Virus record (IMG/VR): IMGVR_UViG_3300044709_000179
Coordinates: 54,072-118,071 of that record
DNA: 64,000 bases
Direction: 5' to 3' (one strand)
DNA from: a virus
Lineage: Duplodnaviria; Caudoviricetes
The position numbers and the translations under genes are program-made. Numbering within the stretch: the first letter of the stretch is position 1; each line of letters starts with the position of its first letter. The notes below the pieces were generated by a model. That model worked only from the letters and a program-made list of their open reading frames with translations, was not told the DNA's origin and searched no databases. This document shows, piece after piece, positions 8,756 through 18,469 of this stretch.

Positions 8756-10351
8756 TCAGATCGCTCGGCCGCGGGCTGCCGCGGTAGCCGCTTCGGCGGT
8801 CAGGCCTCGGGACTTGTAGGCCTCCACGAGGGCGGTGTTGACCGGCGTGGTCGGCGTGGCCCACGAACTGGCCGACGCCGTGTCGGTCGCCGTCGCGACC
8901 GGCTGACCGAACCCCGTGACCCGGCCCGCGCCGTCGGCCTCGGCCAGCGACGCCAGGTAGGTCTTCTCGGCGGTCGCCTCGGCCTCGACGAGGGTCTTGA
9001 ACGCGGCCTCGTCGAAGGTGCCGGACTCGGTGAGCGGAACCCGCCGTTCGACGGAGGCGAGCACGCGGGCTTGCGCCGCGGGCGGAAGACCGGACTCCGC
9101 GAGAGCGACCGCGGCGATCGGGCGGGCAGCCTCGACCGCGCGGAACCGCTGCAGCTCCGTCTTCGCCTCGGCGGCCTCCCGCAGCGCCACATCGCGGGCC
9201 TGCTCGGCGGCGGCGCGCGCCCGGTCAGCCTCCTGCGCCTGAATGTTGACGGTTTCGATGGCCGGCGCGACCTCGGCCGTACCCGCCGTTCCCGGCGCCG
9301 GGCCGGTGGTGCTCCCCGACATGGGGTGCTCCTCTCGTTGTGGTGGGTTGGGTGCGGTCGGCGCCGTGCCGTCCGTCACGTCTTCTGCGGGGGTTTCGCC
9401 GCCGCCGGCGGCGTGTGCGTCCGGCTCAACCTCGGCGGTGCTTGGCGGCTCGGGCCCGCGGAACGCCTCGGCGATGGCCGCAGCGGTCTCCGGGCACTCC
9501 CACGGCGAGCGCTGGAACAGCTGCGGCGCGTCCGCTTCGACCCGCGCCGACCACGCCTGAAGGCCGTCGCCGATCGCGGCCGACAGGGTGATCCGCTCCT
9601 CGCGGGTCAGTCGACCGTCGCCGTACATGTCGTCAGCGAACGTGGTCAGGGCGAGATGCAGCCGCGACTCCAGCCATGCGCCGACGTTGCGGGCCTCGCG
9701 CAGTTCGACCGGCTGCGGTGCGGGCTCTGAGGCCTCACGTCGCGCGGCCTCACGTGCAGACTCCAGCAGCGACACGATCCGCCCGCCCGCGCCGGCCGAG
9801 GTGACGAAATCGACGCTCTTGCCGACACTGATGGACTCCACGATCAAGCCCTTGCGGCCTTCGCGGGCGCCGTAGACCCCCTCGCCGTCAGCGTTGATGG
9901 AGACGCCGATGTTCTCCCATGCCTCCCGGATGAACGGGGCATACGCGCTGAACACCTTCACCTTGGCCCGCATCGTCTTGCCGCCGTCCGGCGTGTACGG
10001 CGTCTCGTCGATGACCGCGGCGAGGGTCTGCAGTGACCGCTCAGGGCGTTCGACCGCCTCGCTGATCGAGGGGTGGTCGAGGTGGACGTGGGTGCCTTTG
10101 CCGAGCACGGTCGGCACGTCACGCACCAGCACGTCGGCCGGGTAGTAGCGGGTGCCGGCACGGTTCCAGCCGGCAGAGATGATCTGCATGTCGACGAGCA
10201 GCGGGCCCGCCCCGGTGGCGGGCGCTTCGCTGATGGCGCGGACGACCGACTCGCGCAGTTCAGCGCGCTCCACGGTGACAGCGGACTCCCGCAGCGGAAT
10301 CACCAGCCGTGCCGCGAGGTCGCGGTTGGTGGGGCCGAGACTGTTCGGCAT
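8756..10351 (-). CDS. Capsid maturation protease fused to scaffold
   Basis: Start MPNSLG follows GGAGG. N-terminal protease-like region (RYYP, HLDHP, GVSIN, SVDFVT.AGAGGRI) and an Ala/Glu-rich helical C-terminus. Confidence 0.75.
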   Translation of the reverse strand: MPNSLGPTNRDLAARLVIPLRESAVTVERAELRESVVRAISEAPATGAGPLLVDMQIISAGWNRAGTRYYPADVLVRDVPTVLGKGTHVHLDHPSISEAVERPERSLQTLAAVIDETPYTPDGGKTMRAKVKVFSAYAPFIREAWENIGVSINADGEGVYGAREGRKGLIVESISVGKSVDFVTSAGAGGRIVSLLESAREAARREASEPAPQPVELREARNVGAWLESRLHLALTTFADDMYGDGRLTREERITLSAAIGDGLQAWSARVEADAPQLFQRSPWECPETAAAIAEAFRGPEPPSTAEVEPDAHAAGGGETPAEDVTDGTAPTAPNPPQREEHPMSGSTTGPAPGTAGTAEVAPAIETVNIQAQEADRARAAAEQARDVALREAAEAKTELQRFRAVEAARPIAAVALAESGLPPAAQARVLASVERRVPLTESGTFDEAAFKTLVEAEATAEKTYLASLAEADGAGRVTGFGQPVATATDTASASSWATPTTPVNTALVEAYKSRGLTAEAATAAARGRAI

Positions 10352-10389
10352 CAGGCCTCCTCGTGAGGTGGGTGACGCCGGATGCGGCG

Positions 10390-10539
10390 CTAGTGGATTT
10401 GCGCGACGATCGACACCCAGAAGGCGCCGAGAAAGACGAGGGCGAAGCCCAGCCACTGCGGCTGGAAGCGCGGGTGACTAACGCCGAAGCCCGCTAGGGC
10501 CAGCAGCGCGACGCCGAGGAAGACGAGGAGTGCGGCCAT
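10390..10539 (-). CDS. 49-aa two-TM membrane protein (not in the ORF track)
   Basis: MAALLVFLGVALLALAGFGVSHPRFQPQWLGFALVFLGAFWVSIVAQIH, preceded by a GGAGG RBS. Confidence 0.6.
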   Translation of the reverse strand: MAALLVFLGVALLALAGFGVSHPRFQPQWLGFALVFLGAFWVSIVAQIH

Positions 10540-10557
10540 GTCGACCTCCCGGTTGAG

Positions 10558-10881
10558 CTAAACCCTGGGTGTCAGTGTTTTTTGGGCACTGGCGAAGTGG
10601 CGGTCATCGCGCTCGGCAGAGAACGCCCAGGCCTCGGATCCATCGCCGAGTAGGTTCCAACCCGTCACGGTTCCCGCCTCATCAGTAATCAACGCCAGCG
10701 CGAACCCACGAGGATGGAAGACGACTCGGTTGATCAGCCACAACAAGCCGGTGTCACGCAGTTCGCTCAGCGGTTTCGGCGGGGTGCGCCCTTCGCCGGA
10801 CCCATCGCACCCGTGGCACGCTTCGCCCTCGTCTCCGGCCGCTCCAACGCCACCGCAGGTGCCACAGTCGGGCGCGACCAT
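10558..10881 (-). CDS. Hypothetical protein with an N-terminal CxxC pair
   Basis: CGTCGG and CHGCDG motifs plus LLWLINRVVFHPRGFAL; coupled to the upstream gene. Confidence 0.6.
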   Translation of the reverse strand: MVAPDCGTCGGVGAAGDEGEACHGCDGSGEGRTPPKPLSELRDTGLLWLINRVVFHPRGFALALITDEAGTVTGWNLLGDGSEAWAFSAERDDRHFASAQKTLTPRV

Positions 10882-11423
10882 CAGGCGCCTTCGCGGAGCA
10901 ACGTGAACGGTCCGCGCACCCCGGCGCTGTGCCGCTCGGCCGCCTGAAGTGCGCCCATCACCCGCTCATCGGCGGACAGGCCCAGGGCGCGGGTTGCGTG
11001 TAGCGCGCCCAGCGCGATGTCCGCGCCGCAGCCGACCGCCGCGTAGCCGTCGAGCGGTTCACCGACCTGATAGTCGGAGTCGACCTCGAACAGCCGCCCG
11101 CGCACCCCGACCAGGAAGGTGCCGCCCGACTCCTGCCCGGAGTAGTTGGCGGCGTAGCCACCTTCCTGCAGGCAGCCCCGGACCGCATCGATCCACTCGG
11201 TGACCATGAACTGTTCGAGCTCGTCGCCGTTCGGCGGCGGGGGCTTCAGCGACCAGCGGAGCAGTTGGCCCATCCGGAACGACGAAGTGAACCCCATCAC
11301 GTATGGACCGTTGATGAAGACCTTGCTATCGCGGCGCACCGTCAACTGGTAGCCGCCGATGCCGGCCGAGTCGCCACCGATCAGGACGGCACCGCTGTCG
11401 ACCACGCCCGCGATGACGGTCAC
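10881..11423 (-). CDS. HslV/proteasome-beta-like Ntn-hydrolase peptidase
   Basis: N-terminal Thr (MTVIAGV), then GGDS, SKVF, AVGCGADIALGAL and AAERHSAGVRGP. Confidence 0.75.
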   Translation of the reverse strand: MTVIAGVVDSGAVLIGGDSAGIGGYQLTVRRDSKVFINGPYVMGFTSSFRMGQLLRWSLKPPPPNGDELEQFMVTEWIDAVRGCLQEGGYAANYSGQESGGTFLVGVRGRLFEVDSDYQVGEPLDGYAAVGCGADIALGALHATRALGLSADERVMGALQAAERHSAGVRGPFTLLREGA

Positions 11424-13075
11424 GACGCCTCGCCCTCGTCGACTTCGCCCGGCTCATTGACCTCGGGTTCTTCGTCAGGCGGCGGCTCATCGTCCGCGAG
11501 GTCCGGCAATGCGCCCGGCTTCACCGAGGGCCAGAGGAACCGGCCGTCCTCGTCCAGCAATGCCTCGATGATGGTGTCGGCCTGGCGAACCCCGAGTGCC
11601 GCCAGGAGCAGGCGCAGCACAACCTCGGGCGGAATCGTGCCGGTCTCGTTGGCGCTGACGATCGCCTCGACCGCGTCCTTGACCTCGGTGTCGTCCAGGT
11701 CCGGCCAGACGATGTCGACGGTCATGTCCGTCTCGCCGGTCAGCTCGACAGTCTCGACGTCCCGCCAGCGGTCGCGCCGAATCGTGCCGCGCAGCATGCC
11801 CTGCGGAGCGCGGACCGACTCGGTGATGACGTAGCGGGCGATCCGCTGCTCGACCTCGGACCACACCTCGCGGCGGTCACCCATGGCCAATTCGGTTGGC
11901 TGGTCCAGGGTTTCCGCGACGGCGCGGGCGCCGGTCTGACCCGGGTCGGACAGCAGCATCGTCACCGGCAGGCCGAGTGCGGCGGCCACCATCATGGCGA
12001 GCGGACGGCCCGACTCGGCGTCGATGGTCGCACCCGACTTCGGAATTGCCTCCAGCATCCGTCCGTCGCCGGTGATCGCGGTCGCGCCGACGTCGTCGCG
12101 CTCGCCGGTGGCGTAGTTGACGCTCGGCTGGGTGGCCAGCGCCGACCGGATCGTCTTCGCCTGCTTCGACCCGGCGGCCGTGGTCCGCCATGCGAACCTC
12201 GACAGCGCGGCCATCAGGGTGGCCCACTGCTCCAGGAACGTCTTGTAGGCGCGGGCCCAGTTGATGGCGCTGTACACGTCGGGTACGCCGTGCTGCCAGT
12301 GTTCGGGACGGTTGACGTCAACGTGCAACATCGGCGCGTCCCACGCGATGTCGACGCTGCCGATACGCTTCGGCCGAGCCATTGGTCGGTAGTCGACGCA
12401 CGGGTAGAGCCGTTCCCGTGCCGTCTGCGCGACGGACCCGTCCGGCCCGTAGACGTTCTCGACCCACATGCGCCGGTAGAACCACGGCTCGGTGCGGTCT
12501 TCGGGGTTGCAGATGACCTCTGTGATCTCGTCGGCGAGCACCACGCGCACCTGCACGTCGCCGGTCATCGGCCGTGTGAACAGGGCCAGGAACAGTTCAC
12601 CGTCGGTACCCAAGGTGCGCTCCAGGCGACCGCGGGCCTTGGCGCCGGTGAACGCCCGCCTGTTGCCGTGGTCGTCGCGGAACGCGACCAGGGCGGCCTG
12701 CACATCCTGCTCGCCGTCGTAGCCTTTGCCGTTGGCGCGGGCCGTCACCTGCATGCCGCCGCCGTGCACGTAGGCGGTGCGCAGACGCAGTCCTTGCACG
12801 AGCAGCGGGTTGACCACGCTCATCAGCCGGCAGACGGACCGCATCTGCCGGCGACCCTCGTCGGTGAACTCCTGCTCGACGGCTACGGCGAAACGCTGCC
12901 AGCCCGGGTCGAGGAGTCGCTGCTCGAGCTCGGTGACCGACTCGCGGAACGGGGTCGAGTCGCTGAGGCGACGTTCGGCGAGTTCCAGGTTGTTGGCGGC
13001 GACCCTCAAGGCGCGGTGCGGGTCGGCCTCGACGACGTGCACTGGGCGACGACGGGAGGTGCGGGTGCGGCCCAA
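11420..13075 (-). CDS. Portal protein
   Basis: 551 aa directly after TerL, with DGELFL and HGVPD motifs and an acidic tail. Confidence 0.8.
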   Translation of the reverse strand: MGRTRTSRRRPVHVVEADPHRALRVAANNLELAERRLSDSTPFRESVTELEQRLLDPGWQRFAVAVEQEFTDEGRRQMRSVCRLMSVVNPLLVQGLRLRTAYVHGGGMQVTARANGKGYDGEQDVQAALVAFRDDHGNRRAFTGAKARGRLERTLGTDGELFLALFTRPMTGDVQVRVVLADEITEVICNPEDRTEPWFYRRMWVENVYGPDGSVAQTARERLYPCVDYRPMARPKRIGSVDIAWDAPMLHVDVNRPEHWQHGVPDVYSAINWARAYKTFLEQWATLMAALSRFAWRTTAAGSKQAKTIRSALATQPSVNYATGERDDVGATAITGDGRMLEAIPKSGATIDAESGRPLAMMVAAALGLPVTMLLSDPGQTGARAVAETLDQPTELAMGDRREVWSEVEQRIARYVITESVRAPQGMLRGTIRRDRWRDVETVELTGETDMTVDIVWPDLDDTEVKDAVEAIVSANETGTIPPEVVLRLLLAALGVRQADTIIEALLDEDGRFLWPSVKPGALPDLADDEPPPDEEPEVNEPGEVDEGEAS

Positions 13076-13093
13076 CGTCGCACCCCCGGGGGA

Positions 13094-14557
13094 TCAGTAC
13101 ATGCTGATGGAGCCTTCGGCCTCCACCTGCTCCTCGTCTTCGTAGACCTCTTCGGGTGGAGCGACGTCCGCAACGGCGGTCAGCATCAACCCGTCAGCGC
13201 GGTCAGGCGACGGCAACTTGCGTTTCCGCATGTCGTCTTTCGACTCGATCAACACCTGGCCGCGCGAGGTGTATTTGTACTTGACCGCGCCGAGTTGTGC
13301 CGCCAGGTCGTCGTCGTCCGGGTCGATGTCGATGTCGCCGTCTTCGAACCGTTCGCGCAAGGCCCAGTACCATTCGGCCCGCGCGTTGGCGAAGCGCTCC
13401 GAATCGAGCGCAGCGGCTCCGGCCTGCATGTCCACGACGGCATGGCCCTGCTCGGCCAGTTGGTCAACGACACCGCCGCCGACGCCGACGCCGTCCACCC
13501 GGACCTCACTCACGGCGTGGGTACGTTTCGCCACGACCACGTGGCCGGTGGTCTCGGTGGTGGCGAGTTTGGCGTAATCGCCAATGCAGCGTGCGACCGG
13601 CCCGCGGCGCAGCATCAGGATGGTCCGGTCGGAGCCGAACCGAGCCACATCTACGCCGAGCACCGACCACGGACCCGGGGGCAGACTGCGCTGTTGAGCT
13701 GCCGCAATGAGCGATGGCGCGATGAGGACGTCTTCACCGATGTCCGGGAAGTCGCCAGTGACCTTGGAGACGAATGCGGGTGACTCGACGCCCCAGCGGC
13801 GCACCTTGTCGTCGACCCATTCGGGGTCCAGTAGCAGAGGGCGGAGCGCCTCGGGTACTGGCTCGTCGGTGAAGTTGGGGGTGTCGTAGCCGTTGATTCG
13901 AATGACGTTCCAGCCGGAGCCCGGTTTGCAGACCTCGCGGAACTCTGTGGACGGGTCGTCGGGGTTGCCGATGGCGAGAATTCGGCAGTCGGCATTGGTG
14001 GTGATTGCTTCGACGGCGGTCCACAGTTGCCGGGGGATGCCGCACGCCTCGTCGAGAATGACCAGGACGTAGCGACGGTGAATGCCTTGGAAGCCGTGCT
14101 CATCGGTGTCGGCGGGCTTGCGCCCGAAGCCAACGAGGGTGCCGTCGTCAAGCTTCCACTCATCGGATTGGAGGACCCGCCCGGGGAGCGGAGTGCTGCG
14201 GGCCTTGGCCTTCTTCGCGGCGGCGCGGATCTCCTCCCAGAGGATCGCGTGAACCTGCTTGTAGGTCGGAGCCGTCGACACCACGAACGCTTCGCCTGGT
14301 GGGTGAACATCGATCCACCAGTTGGCGATTCTTGATGCGATGAAGCTCTTGCCTGCGTCATGGCAAGACTTGACAGCGGTCCGTCGCTGCGTGACGACCG
14401 ACTGCGCGATCTCCCGCTGTTTGCTCCACAGAAACTCGCCGAGGCGGTCCTCAACCCACTTCACCGGATCCGTCAGGTACGGGCTGGGCGGCTTCGGCGT
14501 GAGATGCTCCAGCGCCGCCGCCGCGACCATCCGCGTGAGTTCGTCGACCACGGTCAT
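13094..14557 (-). CDS. terL: Terminase large subunit
   Basis: Walker A-like SCHDAGKS, Walker B ILDEA, IGNP, and nuclease motifs GVDVARFGSD and SPDRAD. Confidence 0.93.
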   Translation of the reverse strand: MTVVDELTRMVAAAALEHLTPKPPSPYLTDPVKWVEDRLGEFLWSKQREIAQSVVTQRRTAVKSCHDAGKSFIASRIANWWIDVHPPGEAFVVSTAPTYKQVHAILWEEIRAAAKKAKARSTPLPGRVLQSDEWKLDDGTLVGFGRKPADTDEHGFQGIHRRYVLVILDEACGIPRQLWTAVEAITTNADCRILAIGNPDDPSTEFREVCKPGSGWNVIRINGYDTPNFTDEPVPEALRPLLLDPEWVDDKVRRWGVESPAFVSKVTGDFPDIGEDVLIAPSLIAAAQQRSLPPGPWSVLGVDVARFGSDRTILMLRRGPVARCIGDYAKLATTETTGHVVVAKRTHAVSEVRVDGVGVGGGVVDQLAEQGHAVVDMQAGAAALDSERFANARAEWYWALRERFEDGDIDIDPDDDDLAAQLGAVKYKYTSRGQVLIESKDDMRKRKLPSPDRADGLMLTAVADVAPPEEVYEDEEQVEAEGSISMY

Positions 14558-14666
14558 CGCGCGCTACCAAGGCGCCCGGAACTCCAGCGCCGTCGAGCCC
14601 CGCCTGCGCCGGTACGGCCAGTCGTGTCCCAGGTGGGCATGGCTGAACTCAACGGACACGGGTGGA

Positions 14667-15200
14667 CTACGGGGTCGGCTGCTCGACTGGCGTGCCCTCG
14701 GTGATACCGATGGTCGCCGTCCCGCCCGGCACCACATCGACGGCGAGGGTCGCGGACAGCACCCCGTCGGTGACGGTGACAACCGCCGAGCCGGGCACGC
14801 CGGCCACGATGGTGACCGTCTTGGAGGTGCCGTCGTCGGTGCCGACCAGCGACACGACGTCGCCGTTGTCGACCGACCAGGCGATCTCGTCGGGGGTCTC
14901 GAAGCCCTTCGCGTCCTTCGTCGAGACGCTGACGTCGACCTGCTCGTTGTCGTGCAACTGCATGAGATCTCCCTGGGGTGCGGTGCCGGTGGCTTGGCGG
15001 GTGGTCTGGTCGACGACGGCGCCGACCCGGACGGTCATGGTGGCGACGCCGTTGACCCAGGCGAGGAGGGCGTCGGCGGTGTCGAGGAGTTCGGCGCGGG
15101 CCACGTCGAGGCGGCCGGCCTTGGCGAGCTGGGTGTAGCGGCGTTCCTGGACTCGGGCGGCCAGGTCGAGGGCCGCGATCCGGATGTTGCGCGCTGGCAC
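14667..15200 (-). CDS. Hypothetical protein with a C-terminal Ig-like domain; first gene of the late operon
   Basis: GTG at 15200. Beta-rich C-terminal half (IAWSVDNGDVVSL...GSAVVTVT). A second in-frame RBS and ATG lie at 14963. Confidence 0.6.
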   Translation of the reverse strand: MPARNIRIAALDLAARVQERRYTQLAKAGRLDVARAELLDTADALLAWVNGVATMTVRVGAVVDQTTRQATGTAPQGDLMQLHDNEQVDVSVSTKDAKGFETPDEIAWSVDNGDVVSLVGTDDGTSKTVTIVAGVPGSAVVTVTDGVLSATLAVDVVPGGTATIGITEGTPVEQPTP

Positions 15201-15428
15201 GGTGCCGCCCTTCGGGGGTTTGATGTTTCGGGTCGGCCGGACGCCACATCGCAGCAACGTCCGGCCTCTACCCGCCCGCACCCTCCGGCGCGATGTACGG
15301 GCCACCCGTGGCGTTGGGGAGGCTGGGCGGCCCGAGCTGTGCCGGGTCGGGGAAATCGGTACCCCCGTCCGATCGCCGACCCGGCGGTCCCGCTCAACGT
15401 CCCGGCACGCGGAGGACGGAGCGTGGAC

Positions 15429-15456
15429 AACAAAAAGCCCGGCGGGGTGGCCGGGC
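15429..15456 (-). terminator. Intrinsic terminator upstream of the late genes
   Basis: Minus strand reads GCCCGGC-cacccc-GCCGGGC-TTTTTGTT. Confidence 0.8.
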
Positions 15457-15490
15457 CGAAGATCCACTCTCGTTGAGAGTAAGACTGGCC

Positions 15491-15521
15491 CCTTTATCGC
15501 AGATCTTGGTGCGACTGTCAA
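15491..15521 (-). promoter_or_regulatory. Candidate late promoter
   Basis: Perfect TTGACA at 15521-15516. The AT-rich GATAAAG lies 17 nt downstream but is a non-consensus -10. Confidence 0.45.
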
Positions 15522-15539
15522 GCCACTCGCCCGAACGGC

Positions 15540-16244
15540 CTACGCCGCTACCTGGCCTTCCCGCCGGCGCCGGACCTCCACCGCCGCCGCCCGTGCCGCC
15601 GCCATCGTCTCGCCCGACTGGCGCTGATAGGCGGTCACGTGCGCCGCCAGGATGGTGATCTGACCCTCACCACCGCTCGGGTCCTGCGTCCAGCGTGCCC
15701 CGCAGCCGACGCAGCGGGCGACGGGGTTGTCGGCGTCCGGGTGGGCGAGCAGGGAGCCCCGGGCGTTGCAGGCGGGACACGGGGCCAGCAGTTCGCGCGG
15801 CGCCGCCCGCCAGCCACAGATGATCTCACTCTGCCACTGCCACGACCGGAGTTCGGAGCGCAGCACTCGCTGATCGTCGTGACTGCGGCGGCTCGCGGCG
15901 CCGACCAGCCCGCGGATGTGGTCCTCGACCTCGGGCCGATTGGCCAAGTCGAGCCCCCACTGCAGTGCCCGCCGCTTCGCCCCGAACGCGACGGCGGCCA
16001 GCAGTGAGACGGCGTCGATGGCGACCGGCACACTGCCCTCGCCACCGCCACCGCCCTCGCCGCCGTCGTTGCCCGGCTCGGCCCGGTCTCGAAGCTGTTG
16101 GATGAGTCCGGGCACGATGGTGCGATGCGGCTCGATGGGCTTGCGGTGGCGGTTGCGGTCCCACTCGTAGCGGGGCTCGGCGTGCTGGCGAGGGTCGCAG
16201 AGTTGCTCGGCGGCGTCGGCGATGTCCTGGAGGGTGTCACTCAT
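15540..16244 (-). CDS. Zn-ribbon protein in the lambda-Q-equivalent position (candidate late regulator)
   Basis: 234 aa with C-terminal CPAC...CVGC; last gene before the promoter/terminator pair. Confidence 0.55.
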   Translation of the reverse strand: MSDTLQDIADAAEQLCDPRQHAEPRYEWDRNRHRKPIEPHRTIVPGLIQQLRDRAEPGNDGGEGGGGGEGSVPVAIDAVSLLAAVAFGAKRRALQWGLDLANRPEVEDHIRGLVGAASRRSHDDQRVLRSELRSWQWQSEIICGWRAAPRELLAPCPACNARGSLLAHPDADNPVARCVGCGARWTQDPSGGEGQITILAAHVTAYQRQSGETMAAARAAAVEVRRRREGQVAA

Positions 16245-16361
16245 CGGGGGAACTCTCCCTGTTTTCGCAGGTGGGGCCTATGATCGCGATCAGGAAGAGC
16301 CTCGCTGGCGGCTCTGACGCGGTCCCCGGGCGGGCAGTTCGGGGACCGCGGTAGTTTTCGG

Positions 16362-17942
16362 TCAGCCCCTACGTCTGCGCCGCTTCGCCCGCCGCCAGTA
16401 CGCGCCCCGCATCGGCGACAGGTGCCGCGAGTCCGCGAACCGCCGACGCCACTTCCGCCGGAACTCCTCGCGCTTCGTGGCCCGACGCAGCCGGGCAGCC
16501 TCACTCGGCGACAGGATCGGCACGAATGGCTGATAGGGCACCGACATGGCCGTTCGTGCCCACGCCCGCATGTCGGCCAGCGGGTCGAACTTAGGCGAGT
16601 TCCACGTGAACGGTCCGACCGGCATCTCCAGCGCCTTGTTGTCGATCAGGTAGAGGTGGTCGGCGTCCGGCAGGTGCGGCGACTCGACCACCTCGACCCG
16701 GGGCCAGACGTCGCGGGTTGCTTCGCGCACTCGGTCCGCGCGGTCCGGATGGACGATCGCGGTGTGGGTCGGGCGCATGAACCGCTCCAGGGTCGCCCGA
16801 ACCTCCTTGCCGGTGGGTGGTGGCGGAACGGTGGCCCGGATGGTCGACGCGAACTGCGCCAAGAGGTCATGGCAGCCAGTGGCCGTCAGGGGGCCCTCGT
16901 ACTGCTTGGTCAGGTCGTGCGGAACCGTGTAGCCCCACTTGCCGACCTCCGGCGCCTCACTCACGGCCCCACCTCGAATTCCACCGCGAACTCGTCGACC
17001 GCCGATCGCGTCCACCCGCCAGGGCACTCGACCACCCAGTCGAAGTCGTACATGAGCCGCCAGGTCCCGCCGTGCTTGGCGGACCGGACCGCCGCCGTGG
17101 CATCCGGATCATCGGGGCAGTCCTCGACCGCCTCAAACGTGTCGGGGCCAAGCAGGGCGACGATCTCGGCTTCGTTGTTGCCGGTCCACTGAATGGCGCG
17201 GACCGTGGCGGCGTGGCGGCGGAAGGCGCCCGGAGACTCGTCGCTCACAACCCACCACCCCCGAGTGCCGCGTACCCGATCGCCGTCTGCCGCATCTGGC
17301 AGGCGTCAAGCATGATCAGGTGGTCGGCGGTCCGCTCTTCGGGTGGCAGCGCCCGCCATTCGGCGTAGAGGCGGTCGGCCTCGCGGAGTCGGCGCAGCGC
17401 TTCGGCGCGGGCCTGGGCGTGGGTGATGTCGTCGTGATCCATGACGGTCTCCTCCAGGTCCGTCGGTGCGGACTCCGCAGCGTTGTGGCACGGGCAGATG
17501 CACCGCGCCCCGCACGCCTCCGCGTGCTTGCACTGCGAGGGCTTGCGTTCCACGCCCGGCGCCAACTCGTCCGCCTTGCACAGGTCGTGCAGTTCCGGCC
17601 GGTCGTAGGCGAGCGCGTGCCGACAGTGGGTTGACCAGTACGTGTGCGTGACGCCGTCCGGGGCCACCTCGATCACGTCGAGGTAGACCTCGTGGCGCTG
17701 ATCAGATTTGGTCATGCCGCCTCCCGTTGCTCGCCAGCCGCCTCGGCCAGCACCTGCCGCAGCGACTCCATGAGTTGCTCCCTCGTCGCCCCGTCGCCGG
17801 CCCGATCGATCGCGGCCTCCAGCCAGCCGGCCGTCAACTTCGCCTGATCGGCGACGAACGCGCCGCGGATCAGGGCGAACCCGGCGAGGATCTGCTGGCA
17901 ACGGCCGTAGTCGCAGATAGGGCGGAGACCGGGTGCGGTCAT
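16362..17942 (-). other. Cluster of small coupled hypothetical CDSs
   Basis: ORFs ending at 16362, 16961, 17245 and 17712 with overlapping start/stop codons. Confidence 0.55.
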
Positions 17943-18469
17943 GACGGTCGCGCCTCGATCTGGGGCAGCGGCAGGCCCAGTTCGCCGGAGAGCCGGACCA
18001 TCTCCGCCTCGATCATGTCGACGGTGATCGCCTCGACCTTAACGGGGGCGTAGAGGCCCAACAGCTTCGCGCGGTGGTCGCTGATCTTCAGGACGCGGTC
18101 GATGGCGGCGAGGATTGGTCCGTGGTCGATGAGCGGCTCGTCGGTGTCCGGGTCACAGACGACGCGGCCTTGGCTGACCACGATGTGCTTGGCGCACAGC
18201 ACGTCCCAGGCCTTGCGCAGCAGGATGTTGAGTCGGGCGATCTCCATGGCGCGGACCTGGGCGGCCGGCTCCTGAACCGTGGCGAGCAGGGCGCGTTCGA
18301 CGGCCTTGTAGGCACCAGAAGGATCCTGGTAGCCGAGCTGTGCCGCGATCTCATGGAACTCCAAGCCCTGCGCCCGAAGGCGAGCCGCGTTCGCGTCCCG
18401 TTCGGCAGTATCGACCGTTCGCAGGAACCGCCCCTTACCGGAACGGTTGCCGGGGCTGGTGTTTGCCAT
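17939..18469 (-). CDS. Terminase small subunit-like HTH protein
   Basis: LRAQGLEFHEIAAQLGY...AYKAV...AIDRVLKISDHRAKLLGL resembles the HTH gene normally found directly upstream of TerL in actinophages. Confidence 0.65.
   Translation of the reverse strand: MANTSPGNRSGKGRFLRTVDTAERDANAARLRAQGLEFHEIAAQLGYQDPSGAYKAVERALLATVQEPAAQVRAMEIARLNILLRKAWDVLCAKHIVVSQGRVVCDPDTDEPLIDHGPILAAIDRVLKISDHRAKLLGLYAPVKVEAITVDMIEAEMVRLSGELGLPLPQIEARPS

Noticed and set aside
12290-13783. Long antisense and alternate-frame ORFs (497 aa here, many elsewhere)
   Set aside because: Shadow ORFs expected at high GC; they overlap well-supported genes and lack motifs.
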